Positions 28,849-39,710 of a stretch of 64,000 bases of DNA are shown here, one piece after another. The DNA comes from Anaerolineales bacterium (lineage in GTDB: Bacteria > Chloroflexota > Anaerolineae > Anaerolineales > E44-bin32). How positions within the stretch are numbered: position 1 is the first letter of the stretch; each line of letters begins with the position of its first letter. The position numbers were made by a program, and so were the translations under genes. The stretch spans positions 90,156 through 154,155 of the forward strand of contig DAOUDW010000034.1 of the NCBI GenBank assembly GCA_034430895.1, in the 5' to 3' direction. The notes under the pieces are model-generated. The model made no database searches and was not told the origin of the DNA. It was given only the letters and a program-made list of their open reading frames with translations.

Positions 28849-30150
28849 ATGAGCGTAGAGATGACAGAAGAGAAAAAAGGTAGAAAGCAGAAGAATAAAA
28901 CAACGAAACAGGCTGACAAGCAGACTGATTTCGAGGCGCGCTTCGATCTCCATGATGACGTGAATCCATATTCCGAAGAAGAACATCCCGGGATTGGTCG
29001 ACTCGTCGAACTGGGGAAAGAACGGGGATATGTAACCATCGATGATATCCTCATGATCTTTCCTGAAGTGGAACGCGACATTGATCAACTCGAAGATGCA
29101 TACGCGGCGTTAATCAGTGCAGGTGTGAAAATTCACGATGATGAACGCAAAGGCGCAAAGGACGAGACCCAGCAAGAAGAATCCACGGATCAGAATGGTT
29201 CAGCTGCCGAATTGGAAGAAGAAAACTATCTTTCTGCCGTGGATACGGATGACACAGTGGGGCTCTATCTAAAGGAAGTCGGACGTGTGCCGTTGTTGAC
29301 GGCTGAAGAAGAAGTATCGCTGGCGAAACGAATCGAAAGAGGGCGAACGGCGAGAGAAAAGCTGGCAGAAAATTCGGTATCGCTAACAAAGAGACGCGAA
29401 TACCAAATGCTCATAGAAGATGGTTGGGCTGCGCGAGAGCATCTGATCACTGCCAATTCTCGCCTGGTGATCAGTGTCGCCAAGAAGTACATGCGCAGAG
29501 GGGTGCCTTTCCTGGACTTGATTCAGGAAGGGAATATCGGATTGATCCGGGCAGCGAAGAAATTCGATTACCGCCGAGGGCATAAATTCTCCACGTATGC
29601 AACATGGTGGATCCGACAAGCTGTAACCCGGGCGATCGCCGACCAAGGGCGTACAATCCGTGTGCCGGTTCATATGGGAGATCAGATCAACAAGCTGCTG
29701 CGGATTTCGCATCAATTAACGCAGGAATTGGGAAGAGATCCGACGACGGAAGAGCTTGCCAAGTCTTTAGATGTACCGACGAAAAAAGTTGAAAACATGA
29801 TCCAGGTAGCACGAAGACCGCTTTCGCTGGAGACGCCCACGGATGAGGAAGAAGATTCTGAACTGGGTGATTTCATCGAAGATTCTGATTCTCCCGCACC
29901 CCCTGATGCCGTCATGCACAATTTACTTAGGGAGCATCTGCGTGATGTGCTCACAAATCTTCCTCCCAGAGAAGTTCACATCCTGCAGCTTCGTTATGGA
30001 CTGATGGATGGTCAGAGCTATACGTTGGAAGAAGTGGGGCGTAAGATGGGCGTGACGCGTGAGCGCGTGCGTCAAATTGAAGCGCAGGCGCTGAACCGAC
30101 TGCGTCATCCGGGTCATCGTCGTAAATTGGTCGATTACTTGCGAGATTGA
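28849..30150 (+). CDS. rpoD: Primary RNA polymerase sigma factor (sigma-70/SigA)
   Basis: 433 aa. It has an acidic region 1. Region 2 is [59 protein letters not shown], and regions 3 and 4.2 are present ([31 protein letters not shown]). Confidence 0.95.
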   Translation: MSVEMTEEKKGRKQKNKTTKQADKQTDFEARFDLHDDVNPYSEEEHPGIGRLVELGKERGYVTIDDILMIFPEVERDIDQLEDAYAALISAGVKIHDDERKGAKDETQQEESTDQNGSAAELEEENYLSAVDTDDTVGLYLKEVGRVPLLTAEEEVSLAKRIERGRTAREKLAENSVSLTKRREYQMLIEDGWAAREHLITANSRLVISVAKKYMRRGVPFLDLIQEGNIGLIRAAKKFDYRRGHKFSTYATWWIRQAVTRAIADQGRTIRVPVHMGDQINKLLRISHQLTQELGRDPTTEELAKSLDVPTKKVENMIQVARRPLSLETPTDEEEDSELGDFIEDSDSPAPPDAVMHNLLREHLRDVLTNLPPREVHILQLRYGLMDGQSYTLEEVGRKMGVTRERVRQIEAQALNRLRHPGHRRKLVDYLRD

Positions 30151-31478
30151 TTGGGCTCTTGCGTTTGATCTGACAGGCCGCCGGTTCGTCGTGCGGCCTG
30201 TTTTTGTGTTAACTGCAGCAGCTCTTCAATACTGTATGCCGCCCAAAGGCAAATGAAGGGCACCATGGGAATCCAATAGCGTTGGTATGGCAGCGGGATT
30301 GCGATGAGTAGGGAAACTATTTGTACGGTGGTCGCCAATAGGAGAAGTGCTCGCTTGCGCTTACCCTGACGGTCACGTGCGAGTGTCAAATAACGCAAGC
30401 CCAGGACTATGCCAAGAATGGTCAGGAGGAGCAATAAACCGGCTCCCAGGGGATTGCGGAATAAATTGTGCAGTGAGTCGGCCAGGTAGGCATTAACCAT
30501 AGGCGCGATTTGTGTTTGATAATTCCCTACCTCTTCGAATTGCAGCGGCGAAAGATATAAATGTCCCAGCATAACCGCGGTTCTCATTGGGAATGTGTCC
30601 AGAACCTGAGCCGGCTGCAGCTCTCGCAGCGTGTTTACTTGCCTTTCTACGAATTCCTGGCGGGCATTCCAGATTTGTGTGAATGCCTGGATAGGATCTG
30701 TCCATGCGATCGGACTGAGAATGAAAATCGTTAGCGCTGCGACGGTAGCATAAATCAGGATATTCCGAAGGATTCGTGAGCGATTCGATGACTCATGAGA
30801 AGGTATCCAAACGCAAGCCAGGAAATTAATCAGCAGCAATGGGGCGCAGGAATATTTCGCTGAAGCTGCCAGTGCTGCCCCCAAACCCGCTAGCCAGGGT
30901 TTGCGATCGGCTTCGAACATGCCCAGGATGGCCATGCACACGCCGAAAGTCAGTACTCCTTCTGCCATTGCCCTTCGATTATGAAGCAAGATGAGCGCGT
31001 TCGTAGCGAAGAGGAAAACTGCAGCGTATCCCATCGTTCTGCTCCGCAATGTCACGCCGATGCGATACAGCAGGAGCAGACTGAACGGAAACAGCAGTGT
31101 GATGGTCAGTCGACTTGCAGTGAGTAGTGCATCTGCTGGCAGGGCACCCGTTGCTTGATTTTCTTGCCAGGTCTTCGACCAATCCCAATCGGTGGATACA
31201 GCGTCCGCGCCGTAGCCTGCAAGACGTCTTCCCATCCCAAGCACGTACTTGGTCAGCGGGGCATTAAGTGCTCTGTATGTCTGATCGTAATCATCCGGAT
31301 TCGAGGAATCCCAGGCGAGCGAGAGCGGCTCCGTGAGTAAGCTTTCGAATTCGCGACTCTGGTACAGCAGCGAACTCTCATCCGGATGAAAGGGGACACT
31401 CTCGACACCCTGCGCTATCCAAACGATATAGACGGCAAACAGGATGGGGATAAAGAGGAGACGAATATAACGTTTCAT
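30135..31478 (-). CDS. GT-C-type (GT39/PMT_2-like) polytopic membrane glycosyltransferase-like protein
   Basis: 447 aa with about 11 TM helices. [15 protein letters not shown] follows directly after TM1. Its start overlaps the stop of the upstream gene by 4 bp, and its 3' end overlaps the rpoD 3' end by 16 bp. Confidence 0.65.
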   Translation of the reverse strand: MKRYIRLLFIPILFAVYIVWIAQGVESVPFHPDESSLLYQSREFESLLTEPLSLAWDSSNPDDYDQTYRALNAPLTKYVLGMGRRLAGYGADAVSTDWDWSKTWQENQATGALPADALLTASRLTITLLFPFSLLLLYRIGVTLRSRTMGYAAVFLFATNALILLHNRRAMAEGVLTFGVCMAILGMFEADRKPWLAGLGAALAASAKYSCAPLLLINFLACVWIPSHESSNRSRILRNILIYATVAALTIFILSPIAWTDPIQAFTQIWNARQEFVERQVNTLRELQPAQVLDTFPMRTAVMLGHLYLSPLQFEEVGNYQTQIAPMVNAYLADSLHNLFRNPLGAGLLLLLTILGIVLGLRYLTLARDRQGKRKRALLLLATTVQIVSLLIAIPLPYQRYWIPMVPFICLWAAYSIEELLQLTQKQAARRTGGLSDQTQEPNQSRK

Positions 31479-33013
31479 CGAGTTGATGCTCGCTGATAGA
31501 TCAACATGCCTTCACTGGTGTAGATATCGGTTTGAAAACGCGTGTCTACGATGTATTGCGCGTTGAACGTCTCATCATCTCGCAGCGTTTTGCGGATATA
31601 CACCTCTAAGGTGACAAAGTAATCCGGGTTCGACTCCAGAATAAGTTCTTTAGGAATGGCATAGTTGATCACGTAGGCGGAATCTGGGATGGGGTAGTAC
31701 GACAAGGATTGTGGAGAGATCAAACCAATGGTGTCCAGAATGCGGGCATTGGTGTAGTAACCTAACGCGCCGATATCGCCTGCGGCGAGCACTTGATCCG
31801 GTTGGATTCGTCCTTGCAGTTCTTCCGCTGCCCTGCGGTAGAGGAGTTCCAATTCAATGTAGGCCATTTTGGGCGCGGGGCGGTTAGGACCATGATCGGG
31901 GTGAAGAGTCCAGCCAAAGAGTGTGGAGAAAAACGCCAGTGATGCAACAATGGCGAGTAAAGCAGGTGGTTTCCAGTGCTGGCCAAGTCGTTCCACGCCG
32001 ATGAAAATTCCCAGGATGTAGAATGGGAGTGGTGGAGTCAGGTACCAGCGAAAGATGAGTGGATTGGCGATGGCGAAGACAATCAAATAAGCCCATGGAA
32101 AAACGAAGAGCGGCCAGGTGGACTTTTTCTTTCGTGCCGTACCCGATGCCCCGATAAGATACAACGTCAGGTAGATCACAAACCCTGCACCGATCCACCA
32201 GTTCCCGAGTATTTCCTGGCCGAGGAAAGGGGTGCCATAATGCTGCAACAATCGCGTGAGGGCCGCGTCTGAAGGCAAATGGTATGCGGCAACTTTGGCG
32301 AGAATGGAGTGTGGGATCGGATTGCCGTACGCCAGGTATCCGATGACAGCCCAGCAGGCAACGGGTAAACTGAACGTCGCAATTTCTTTCACGCCCGATT
32401 GAGGGATCTGTCGCTCTTTGTGCCATTGCATTGCAAGGCGACGAAGTCGTTCAATCGCAAGAGGGCCGATGAACAACAACGCATCCGGACGGGTGAGCAG
32501 GCTCAGGCTTGCCGACAAGGAAGCCCAAATTGGCCTGTTCGTCGAATGTAAGTAAAATGTTGAGACCATCATGAGCACAAACAAACTCGTCTCCATGCCG
32601 CCAATGGCAAAAGTGACGGAATATGGCGCGATGGCCCAGATGATCGCTGCCGACAATCCGGCACGCCGATATCCAAGCGTCTCTCCGAGTTTGATCAGTA
32701 AGCAGCAGGTTAAACTGTCCGCCATCGCATTGACGATGGTCGCAATGACAGGAAAAGAGGCTTGTGCGCCACCATCCAACAAGCCCAAACCCGTCATGAG
32801 GAGCGCATAGACAGGCGTCGTTGTACCCAATACAGCTTCGCCTGGATTGTAGACCAACCCATGACCGGAAATCAGGTTCTGGGCATAGCGAAAGGTAATA
32901 AAGGCGTCGTCAATCGTACGCGGTCCGGGAAGGGTTCGGGCAACGAATGAAACGACGAACACAATTATTTGTGGATTTAATAAACGGCGAATGCGCATGT
33001 GTGGATTATACAT
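31475..33013 (-). CDS. GT-C-type polytopic membrane glycosyltransferase-like protein (paralogue of 45630-47129)
   Basis: 512 aa; the alternative start at ATG 32998 sits 6 nt after a TATAAT. The first-loop motif is IDDAFITFRYAQNLISGHGLVYNPGEAVLGTTTPVYALL. The C-terminal motif is GDIGALGYYTNARILDTIGLISP. Confidence 0.65.
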   Translation of the reverse strand: MYNPHMRIRRLLNPQIIVFVVSFVARTLPGPRTIDDAFITFRYAQNLISGHGLVYNPGEAVLGTTTPVYALLMTGLGLLDGGAQASFPVIATIVNAMADSLTCCLLIKLGETLGYRRAGLSAAIIWAIAPYSVTFAIGGMETSLFVLMMVSTFYLHSTNRPIWASLSASLSLLTRPDALLFIGPLAIERLRRLAMQWHKERQIPQSGVKEIATFSLPVACWAVIGYLAYGNPIPHSILAKVAAYHLPSDAALTRLLQHYGTPFLGQEILGNWWIGAGFVIYLTLYLIGASGTARKKKSTWPLFVFPWAYLIVFAIANPLIFRWYLTPPLPFYILGIFIGVERLGQHWKPPALLAIVASLAFFSTLFGWTLHPDHGPNRPAPKMAYIELELLYRRAAEELQGRIQPDQVLAAGDIGALGYYTNARILDTIGLISPQSLSYYPIPDSAYVINYAIPKELILESNPDYFVTLEVYIRKTLRDDETFNAQYIVDTRFQTDIYTSEGMLIYQRASTR

Positions 33014-33022
33014 AGGCGGAAT

Positions 33023-34645
33023 ATGGTGGGAAAGCGTCTGAATCTAAAAAATTTGAACATTGCAGCGCCTTTGATTGTTCTCGCCATTGGGGTTGGTTTC
33101 AAATGTATTCTTCTGGCGATGGATGTGTTCCCCCTTAATGCCGATGAAGCCGTTGTGGGATTGATGGCACGACATATATTAGAAGGGGAGTGGCCGACAT
33201 TCTTCTATGGACAGGTGTACCTGGGAAGCTTGGATGCAACCTTCGTGGCTCTTGGAATGGCATTTTTCGGGAAAAAGGTTCTCGTCATTCGGCTGGTGCA
33301 GATTCTGCTTTATGTGGGTACCATTCTCACGACGATCCATCTCGGAGAGAAGATTTTTCAATCTCGATGGACAGGCTGGGTGGCGGGTTTGCTGATGGCC
33401 ATCCCAGCATTAAACGTCACTTTGTACACAACCGTCTCTTTGGGAGGATATGGAGAGGCGTTGTTGATTGGAAATCTTCTACTTATTCTCACACTGAAGA
33501 TCATTGAAACGCCAGACTCGAAAGGACTTTACCTGGTATGGGGTGGGCTGGCAGGATTGGGTTTTTGGACTTTTGGGCTTACCTTGATCTATAGTCTACC
33601 CTGTGGGATTTTGATTCTCTGGAAACTTCCCGAACAACAACAAAAGAAAGCGATCGGTCTTCGCGTTGGGCTCTTGTTGGTTGCAGCAGCTATTGGGGCT
33701 TTGCCCTGGATTGTATGGGCTGTATCGCATGGCCCTGGAAAATTGATTCAGGAGATGATGGGATCGGCGATTGCAGGCGCTTCATCCGGCAGCGTCTGGG
33801 AAACGATCTTGATGCGGCTTCGCAATTTCATCCTGCTTGGTACAAGTGTGATCTTTGGATTACGGCCTCCCTGGGAGGTGCGTTGGCTTGCACTCCCGCT
33901 GCTACCCTTCGCGTTTGCTTTTTGGTTGGTTATTATTTTCAATGTATTTACTCACATGAAAGGCAGTGGTTCACAGCAAAGTGGTCGGTTGTTGTTGTAT
34001 GGTGTTTGTGGCTTCCTTACGATTGGATATTTATTTTCTCCATTTGGTGCGGATCCTTCGGGCAGGTATTTTCTTCCGCTTGTTGTACCGATGTCCCTTT
34101 TCGCGGCTGATTTTCTAATCGATGCAAAGCCGAAATTACAGACGAAGTGGGCTATCGCATTATTACTCGGAATCCTGTCCTTTAATCTTTGGGGAAACCT
34201 GCAATCTGCCTTTCGCAATCCACCGGGAATTACCTCGCAATTCGATGCTGTCACCCGGATCGATCATCGTTATGACGAAGCGTTAATAGATTTTCTTGTT
34301 CAGCAAGGTGAGTTGCGAGGATATTCCAATTATTGGGTGGCATATCCCCTGGCATTTCTTTCAGATGAGCGTTTGATATACATACCGATGTTGCCGTATC
34401 ATCAAGATTTCCGGCATACATCCAGAGATAATCGATACGGACCATATAATCCGCTGGTTACATCTACCGACCATGTTGCCTACATCACAATCAACCATGC
34501 AGCACTCGATCAATTTCTTCGTGATGGATTTGAAGCGCATGGCTTGCACTGGCGAGAAATTCAGATTGGGGATTATCAGGTTTTTTATGATCTGGAACCT
34601 TCGATCCATATCGAAAATCTAGATCCAGCGTGGTCGATCGAGTGA
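33023..34645 (+). CDS. GT-C-type (GT39/ArnT-like) polytopic membrane glycosyltransferase-like protein
   Basis: I prefer the ATG 33023 start; the ORF-track GTG at 32999 would overlap the divergent gene. The first-loop motif is NADEAVVGLMARHILEGEWPTFFYGQVYLGSL. It has about 12 TM helices and a soluble C-terminal domain. Confidence 0.65.
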   Translation: MVGKRLNLKNLNIAAPLIVLAIGVGFKCILLAMDVFPLNADEAVVGLMARHILEGEWPTFFYGQVYLGSLDATFVALGMAFFGKKVLVIRLVQILLYVGTILTTIHLGEKIFQSRWTGWVAGLLMAIPALNVTLYTTVSLGGYGEALLIGNLLLILTLKIIETPDSKGLYLVWGGLAGLGFWTFGLTLIYSLPCGILILWKLPEQQQKKAIGLRVGLLLVAAAIGALPWIVWAVSHGPGKLIQEMMGSAIAGASSGSVWETILMRLRNFILLGTSVIFGLRPPWEVRWLALPLLPFAFAFWLVIIFNVFTHMKGSGSQQSGRLLLYGVCGFLTIGYLFSPFGADPSGRYFLPLVVPMSLFAADFLIDAKPKLQTKWAIALLLGILSFNLWGNLQSAFRNPPGITSQFDAVTRIDHRYDEALIDFLVQQGELRGYSNYWVAYPLAFLSDERLIYIPMLPYHQDFRHTSRDNRYGPYNPLVTSTDHVAYITINHAALDQFLRDGFEAHGLHWREIQIGDYQVFYDLEPSIHIENLDPAWSIE

Positions 34646-34675
34646 GCGATATGGACGCTTGAGTGAGGTGCTGAA

Positions 34676-36142
34676 TTGAGTTTTCGTAGATTGGTTTTGT
34701 GCTTTACTTTCCTGGCAATATTCACGATGGCGGTGCGTGTATCCATTGATACCGATACATGGTGGCATTTGGCCGCGGGAAAGCGCATCGTCGAAACCGG
34801 CGAGATTATTCGTGAAGATCCCTTCTCACTTACACGGCAAGGCCAGTCTTGGATCTATCCGGGTTGGCTATCCCAGGTCATTTTATTTCGATCCTATGAC
34901 CAATGGGGATATCAAGGGTTGATCTTGTTGACGGCGTTGTTTGTTGTTCTGGCATTCGCCTGTGTCTGGCCTCTACTGGATGGACCGCCGCTCATGCGTG
35001 CAGGCACTATCCTTCTGGCGGCCTCGGTTTCAGCCGTCTATTGGTCTGCCCGTCCGCAAATTATGAGTTTTACACTCTCGGGAGCTTTTTTACTCCTGCT
35101 GGTGAAAGTGCGTGACGGCAATCATCGCTTGGCCTTGACACTGCCGTTTATCATGGCGTTGTGGACCAATCTGCATGGTGGTTTTGCCATTGGGTTTATT
35201 CTAATCGTCGGTTTTCTGGTCGGGGAAATCATGGATGCCATAAGTGGGATCGTACGCGATGGGGCTCCATATAAATCGGTGTGGCTTCAGTATCGTGGAA
35301 AATTCGTGATGTGGATCGGGATTGGTTTCGCTTGTACTGTGGCGGTTATTATTAACCCCCATGGGACTCAAATGTTGCTTTATCCGTTTAAAACCATCTC
35401 TTTAGGTGCACTGCAAGATTATCTCCAGGAGTGGCAGTCACCGAATTTCCACGAGCTTCGAATGCAACCATTTCTATGGATGCTTTTACTTCTTCTCGGA
35501 AGTCTCGCTTTCTCGAAAGAGGAAGTTTCATGGACCTCGCTCATCCTGGTGACAGGATTTACTTATTTGAGTCTTGTTGCTGCTCGCAATATTGGACTTT
35601 TCGCTCTGGTCACGGCGCCCTTGCTGTGTAAGCATGGGTATATCGCTATAAGCCCTTTTATCAATCGGAGAAAACAGGATAAAAAAATCCCGGAAGGGGT
35701 CGCCCGAATCCTCAATCTGGTAATTTTAGTTTTGATCGTACTTGCTGCGGGTGTAAATTCAATTGTACATTTGGACAATGAGTATATTCAGGAAGAGTTA
35801 TCCGGGCAGCTTCCCGTTCAAGCCGTGGGTGTCATACGAGATAACGAGTTGTATGGAAATCTGTTTAATTCTTATAATTGGGGTGGGTATTTAATCTGGG
35901 CTTCCTATCCGGATATATTGAGTTTTGTTGATGGACGAACGGATTTATTTGATGATGAAATTTTGGATGACTATCTTCTTACGTGGCTTGCCGAACCGGG
36001 ATGGGAAGAAATTCTAGATTTCTGGAATATCGAAGTTGCATTACTTGAGACTGAGTCTCCTTTAGCGAAGGTTTTAAGCATCTCTGGTTGGAACACTGTG
36101 TATAAAGACAAACAGGCCGTGGTGCTCACAAATTCCCAATAG
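34676..36142 (+). CDS. Polytopic membrane protein with a C-terminal soluble domain, GT-C-like (family uncertain)
   Basis: 488 aa. The TTG start is preceded by GAGGTG. DTDTWWHLAAGKRIVETGEI follows TM1. There are about 11 TM helices, and the C-terminal domain contains YNWGGYLIW...VDGRTDLFDDE. Confidence 0.55.
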   Translation: MSFRRLVLCFTFLAIFTMAVRVSIDTDTWWHLAAGKRIVETGEIIREDPFSLTRQGQSWIYPGWLSQVILFRSYDQWGYQGLILLTALFVVLAFACVWPLLDGPPLMRAGTILLAASVSAVYWSARPQIMSFTLSGAFLLLLVKVRDGNHRLALTLPFIMALWTNLHGGFAIGFILIVGFLVGEIMDAISGIVRDGAPYKSVWLQYRGKFVMWIGIGFACTVAVIINPHGTQMLLYPFKTISLGALQDYLQEWQSPNFHELRMQPFLWMLLLLLGSLAFSKEEVSWTSLILVTGFTYLSLVAARNIGLFALVTAPLLCKHGYIAISPFINRRKQDKKIPEGVARILNLVILVLIVLAAGVNSIVHLDNEYIQEELSGQLPVQAVGVIRDNELYGNLFNSYNWGGYLIWASYPDILSFVDGRTDLFDDEILDDYLLTWLAEPGWEEILDFWNIEVALLETESPLAKVLSISGWNTVYKDKQAVVLTNSQ

Positions 36143-36278
36143 ATCGTAGAAGCTCCAATTGGGCAGCACTAATTCATAAAAGAAAATAATCTCACGTCCG
36201 ACATTTCCTGGGTAAATTGTCATTATAGAGTTCCGGTTTAGTGGATAGGCAACAGGGAAACAAGTAGTTCCTTATTGA

Positions 36279-37553
36279 GTGATTCAAAAGCTTTTTTGGA
36301 GGTGTTGTTTGCGTTTTTTAAGTGGTTGGAAACGAAAAATAACTTACGCGATGATACCAGTTGTTCTGATTGGTTTGGTAATTGTTAGCTATCAATTGGC
36401 CATAGAAACTCCGGGAGGGAATGATTTTCTTCCCCGCTGGAAAGGAGCCCGCTTATGGCTTTTAGAGAATAAAAACCCTTATGACGAAGAAGTAAGTCTC
36501 GCCGCTCAAATTGATATCTTGGGGCGACCAGCTGATCCCACGAAATTGGAGGATCTTGCGCATTACTATTACCCGCTTTATTCAATGTTGTTCTTCGGTC
36601 CATTTGGCTTGCTCCCGTATACATATGCGCGTGCAATTATGACGACGATTCTGGTGATCGTCCTTCCAGTGCTGCTATGGATGGGTCTACGTATCGCCAA
36701 TTGGAAACCGGGTGTCACGATGATGGCACTTCTCATGGGTTTCTCCATATTCTGGTATCCAGGCGTTCGAACCATTTTCCTTGCGCAATTCTCGGCAATC
36801 AACGCTGCATTCATGATTGGCGCATTATTGGCGATTCGTCACAAGAGTGATGCATTTGGGGGCGTGTTATTGGCGTTATCAACGATGAAACCACAAATGT
36901 CGTTTCTACTTATTCCATTCGTGTTGTTATGGGCAATATCCCAGAAACGTTGGCGTTTGATACTATGGGCAGCGGGTACAGAAGGTCTGTTTTTCGCTGG
37001 CTCTCTCGCACTGGTGCCCGATTGGCCCATTCGTTGGATCTGGCAAGTTATGGAATATGCAAAGTACACAGTGGAAGGACAACCAATTGCCATAATCGCC
37101 AGTATATTTCCTGCTCATTCGGACAATATCACGAGAATTCTGACAGGTATTATTCTTTTTTATCTGGGTCTCGAGTGGGTCTTAGCATGGAGAAAGGGTG
37201 ATAGCTGGTTTCAATGGACCGCCGCAATTACGATTGTAGTTACCAATATCGTAGCCTATCGAACTGCAACCACGAGCTATGTGGTCATGATCCCAGCGCT
37301 TTGCATCATTTTCAGCACATGGGTTCGACGCTGGAACAAGAAGGGAAATTTAACCGTTGTGTTCGCGATAATCTTTCTCTTTCTGGGAATGTGGGTTTTA
37401 TTCCTCGCAAGCGTAACGGGCAATCAAGAGAGTTCAATAATGTATCCTCCATTGCCGATAATAACCTTTATTGGATTATTCTGGGTTCGTTGGTGGGCAA
37501 TCCGGTCGGAGAAACTGCCTCTTGAGGGATCCTTCACCGAGCAGAGAATATGA
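36279..37553 (+). CDS. GT87/DUF2029-like (PimE-class) polyprenyl-phosphate-sugar-dependent glycosyltransferase-like membrane protein
   Basis: 424 aa, all-TM architecture. The motif GGNDFLPRWKGARLWLLENKNPY...HYYYPLYSMLFFGPFGLL resembles the D-x...YPP pattern of GT87. The start (GTG) is uncertain. Confidence 0.55.
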   Translation: MIQKLFWRCCLRFLSGWKRKITYAMIPVVLIGLVIVSYQLAIETPGGNDFLPRWKGARLWLLENKNPYDEEVSLAAQIDILGRPADPTKLEDLAHYYYPLYSMLFFGPFGLLPYTYARAIMTTILVIVLPVLLWMGLRIANWKPGVTMMALLMGFSIFWYPGVRTIFLAQFSAINAAFMIGALLAIRHKSDAFGGVLLALSTMKPQMSFLLIPFVLLWAISQKRWRLILWAAGTEGLFFAGSLALVPDWPIRWIWQVMEYAKYTVEGQPIAIIASIFPAHSDNITRILTGIILFYLGLEWVLAWRKGDSWFQWTAAITIVVTNIVAYRTATTSYVVMIPALCIIFSTWVRRWNKKGNLTVVFAIIFLFLGMWVLFLASVTGNQESSIMYPPLPIITFIGLFWVRWWAIRSEKLPLEGSFTEQRI

Positions 37554-37606
37554 TCTATTCGACCGGCATAATCATTTGCAGCCATCTCTGGGGAAGCGAG
37601 TAAAAA

Positions 37607-39667
37607 GTGTCTCAGGAGTCCAGTCGCCACGATAAAAACGAAAACAATAAGTCCTCGTCCCTGATTTCTTCATTGATAATATTGCTCTGGATCGAAGGAA
37701 TAATTGCGGCGCATTTCTGGGTTCATAAACCCTGGCCAATTGGCCAAAATAGTGCGCCGCTTGCAGCCGTTGTGGATTTGCTGCTTGCACTTATGCTTGT
37801 GGCCTTGGCGGGAGGGATTGGGCGATCCATCTTTCGTTCAAAACTTCCATTCTCGCATATCGAAAACATCGCTTTGCAAGTAGCCCTCGGTATGGGGATT
37901 CTTGGGTTCGTGGTGTTTGCTGCAGGATTGATCGGTTTTCTCGGGCCCTGGCAAGCCTGGCTTGGGCTGGGAATCTCAGTGCTCATTTTTTATAAAACCA
38001 TTCTCGCCTGGCTTGGAGAATGGCGCGTGGTATTCGATGATTCTCAAAATCCTGGCGCCGTGGAGAGAGTAGCCCGCTGGCTTGTCGTGTTTCTTGTTGT
38101 GATTGCAGGTTTTCAAGCCCTTGCACCACCTTTGAAGTGGGACAGTCTCGTATATCACCTGGAATTGCCACAACGTTATTTCGAGATGGGAAAGCTCTTC
38201 CATCTCAGCGATAATCTCTTCTCTGGATTCCCCCAATTGTCTGAGATGATGTTTACATGGGCGGTTGCTTTACGAAGTGGTTCAACCGCAGCGACGCTGG
38301 GGTGGATTGTTGGTGTGATGGCAATCCTTGGGTTAGGAGGTTTTGCTGCGCGAAAGGTCGGAAAGGAATTTCAGTGGATCGCGCCTGCGTTCTTGTTAAC
38401 CGGCGCGAGTATTTCACGGGGATTGAGCTGGGCGTACGTCGATTTGTGGGTGTTTTTATTCGGGTTGGCCACGATCATCTTTTTAGATCAGTATGGTTGG
38501 ACAAAGAAAACGGTTTGGGTGGGATTATCTGCCGTCTTCGCCGGCTTTGCCTCCAGCACGAAGTACACAGCAGGAATGATCCTTCCTATCGGAGTAGTTT
38601 ATTTAATCGTGGTGTGGATTCAATCTCATCGAGCAACGTCATCCCCACAAAGATCATGGAAACCCCTGGTTGTATCCGTATTGCTGTTCGTTTCCATCTC
38701 TATCATGATCGTCATCCCATGGTTCGCGAAAAATACCGGGATGACAGGGAATCCGGTGTATCCATTCTTTTTCGACGGCAAGGATATGAACGACCTGCGT
38801 TTGTCGTTCTATCAGGGCGAGATGTATGAGCGGACGATATTCGATCCGCTACTGCTTCCGATCGAAGGTACGATCCTGGGTATTGAGGGAGGCCCAAAAT
38901 TCAACACGAGTATTTCCCCCTTATTCCTGGCACTTATTCCGGGTGTGTATTTTGGTTGGCGATATATCCAGGAGAAGAACAGGAAGAGCGTTATAGGATT
39001 GGCGGCCATGGTGTTCTCTGCCTGGTTCGTTTGGGCGCTGGGCTCACAAATCGCCTCAGCACTCACGAGGACGCGTCACTTTTACGTCATATTTCCTGCA
39101 CTCGTGCTATTAACCTCTTTTGGCTATGACTATGTCCGGCGGCTTAAAATTGGATCGGTTGATATCGGATGGCTTGTGCAACGCCTGATTATGGTTGTAT
39201 TCATCTTGACGGCGATTACGGAAGCTTTATTTTTTGCAAAGGCCAGTCCTATTCGTGTGCTCTCCGGCTTTCAAACAGAGGATGAATATCTCGCGGAACA
39301 ACTCGGCTGGTTTGGACCTGTAATGAACGATGTTAATTCACTTCCCGAGGGATCGAACGTGGCGATGTTCTGGGAACCACGCTCCTATTATTGTATAGTC
39401 TCTTGTTCTCAGGATGTGATTCTGGATCGCTGGTGGTATTTAATGCGTACAGTCGGTGAGGCAGGTGAAGTCGTTTCGTTGCTAAGGACGCAAGGATTTA
39501 CTCACGTGCTTATATACGACTTCGGCGTACAATTGGTTCGCGATAAAGATAATATGCTCGAACCTGAAGACTGGGAAGAACTGGAACGATTTCGAGAAGA
39601 AGAGCTGCGTGTTCTTCAAGAATATCATGATGCATATACGCTGTATGAAATACCTGCAGACATCTAA
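37607..39667 (+). CDS. GT-C-type polytopic membrane glycosyltransferase-like protein (paralogue of 21022-23100)
   Basis: 686 aa. It has an N-terminal 4-TM extension followed by PPLKWDSLVYHLELPQRYFEMGK. The C-terminal soluble domain carries YYCIVSC. It is colinear with the 692-aa protein. Confidence 0.65.
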   Translation: MSQESSRHDKNENNKSSSLISSLIILLWIEGIIAAHFWVHKPWPIGQNSAPLAAVVDLLLALMLVALAGGIGRSIFRSKLPFSHIENIALQVALGMGILGFVVFAAGLIGFLGPWQAWLGLGISVLIFYKTILAWLGEWRVVFDDSQNPGAVERVARWLVVFLVVIAGFQALAPPLKWDSLVYHLELPQRYFEMGKLFHLSDNLFSGFPQLSEMMFTWAVALRSGSTAATLGWIVGVMAILGLGGFAARKVGKEFQWIAPAFLLTGASISRGLSWAYVDLWVFLFGLATIIFLDQYGWTKKTVWVGLSAVFAGFASSTKYTAGMILPIGVVYLIVVWIQSHRATSSPQRSWKPLVVSVLLFVSISIMIVIPWFAKNTGMTGNPVYPFFFDGKDMNDLRLSFYQGEMYERTIFDPLLLPIEGTILGIEGGPKFNTSISPLFLALIPGVYFGWRYIQEKNRKSVIGLAAMVFSAWFVWALGSQIASALTRTRHFYVIFPALVLLTSFGYDYVRRLKIGSVDIGWLVQRLIMVVFILTAITEALFFAKASPIRVLSGFQTEDEYLAEQLGWFGPVMNDVNSLPEGSNVAMFWEPRSYYCIVSCSQDVILDRWWYLMRTVGEAGEVVSLLRTQGFTHVLIYDFGVQLVRDKDNMLEPEDWEELERFREEELRVLQEYHDAYTLYEIPADI

Positions 39668-39710
39668 TAATAACCATTCGTTACGCGCATCGATCGAGAA
39701 AAGGTGACTC

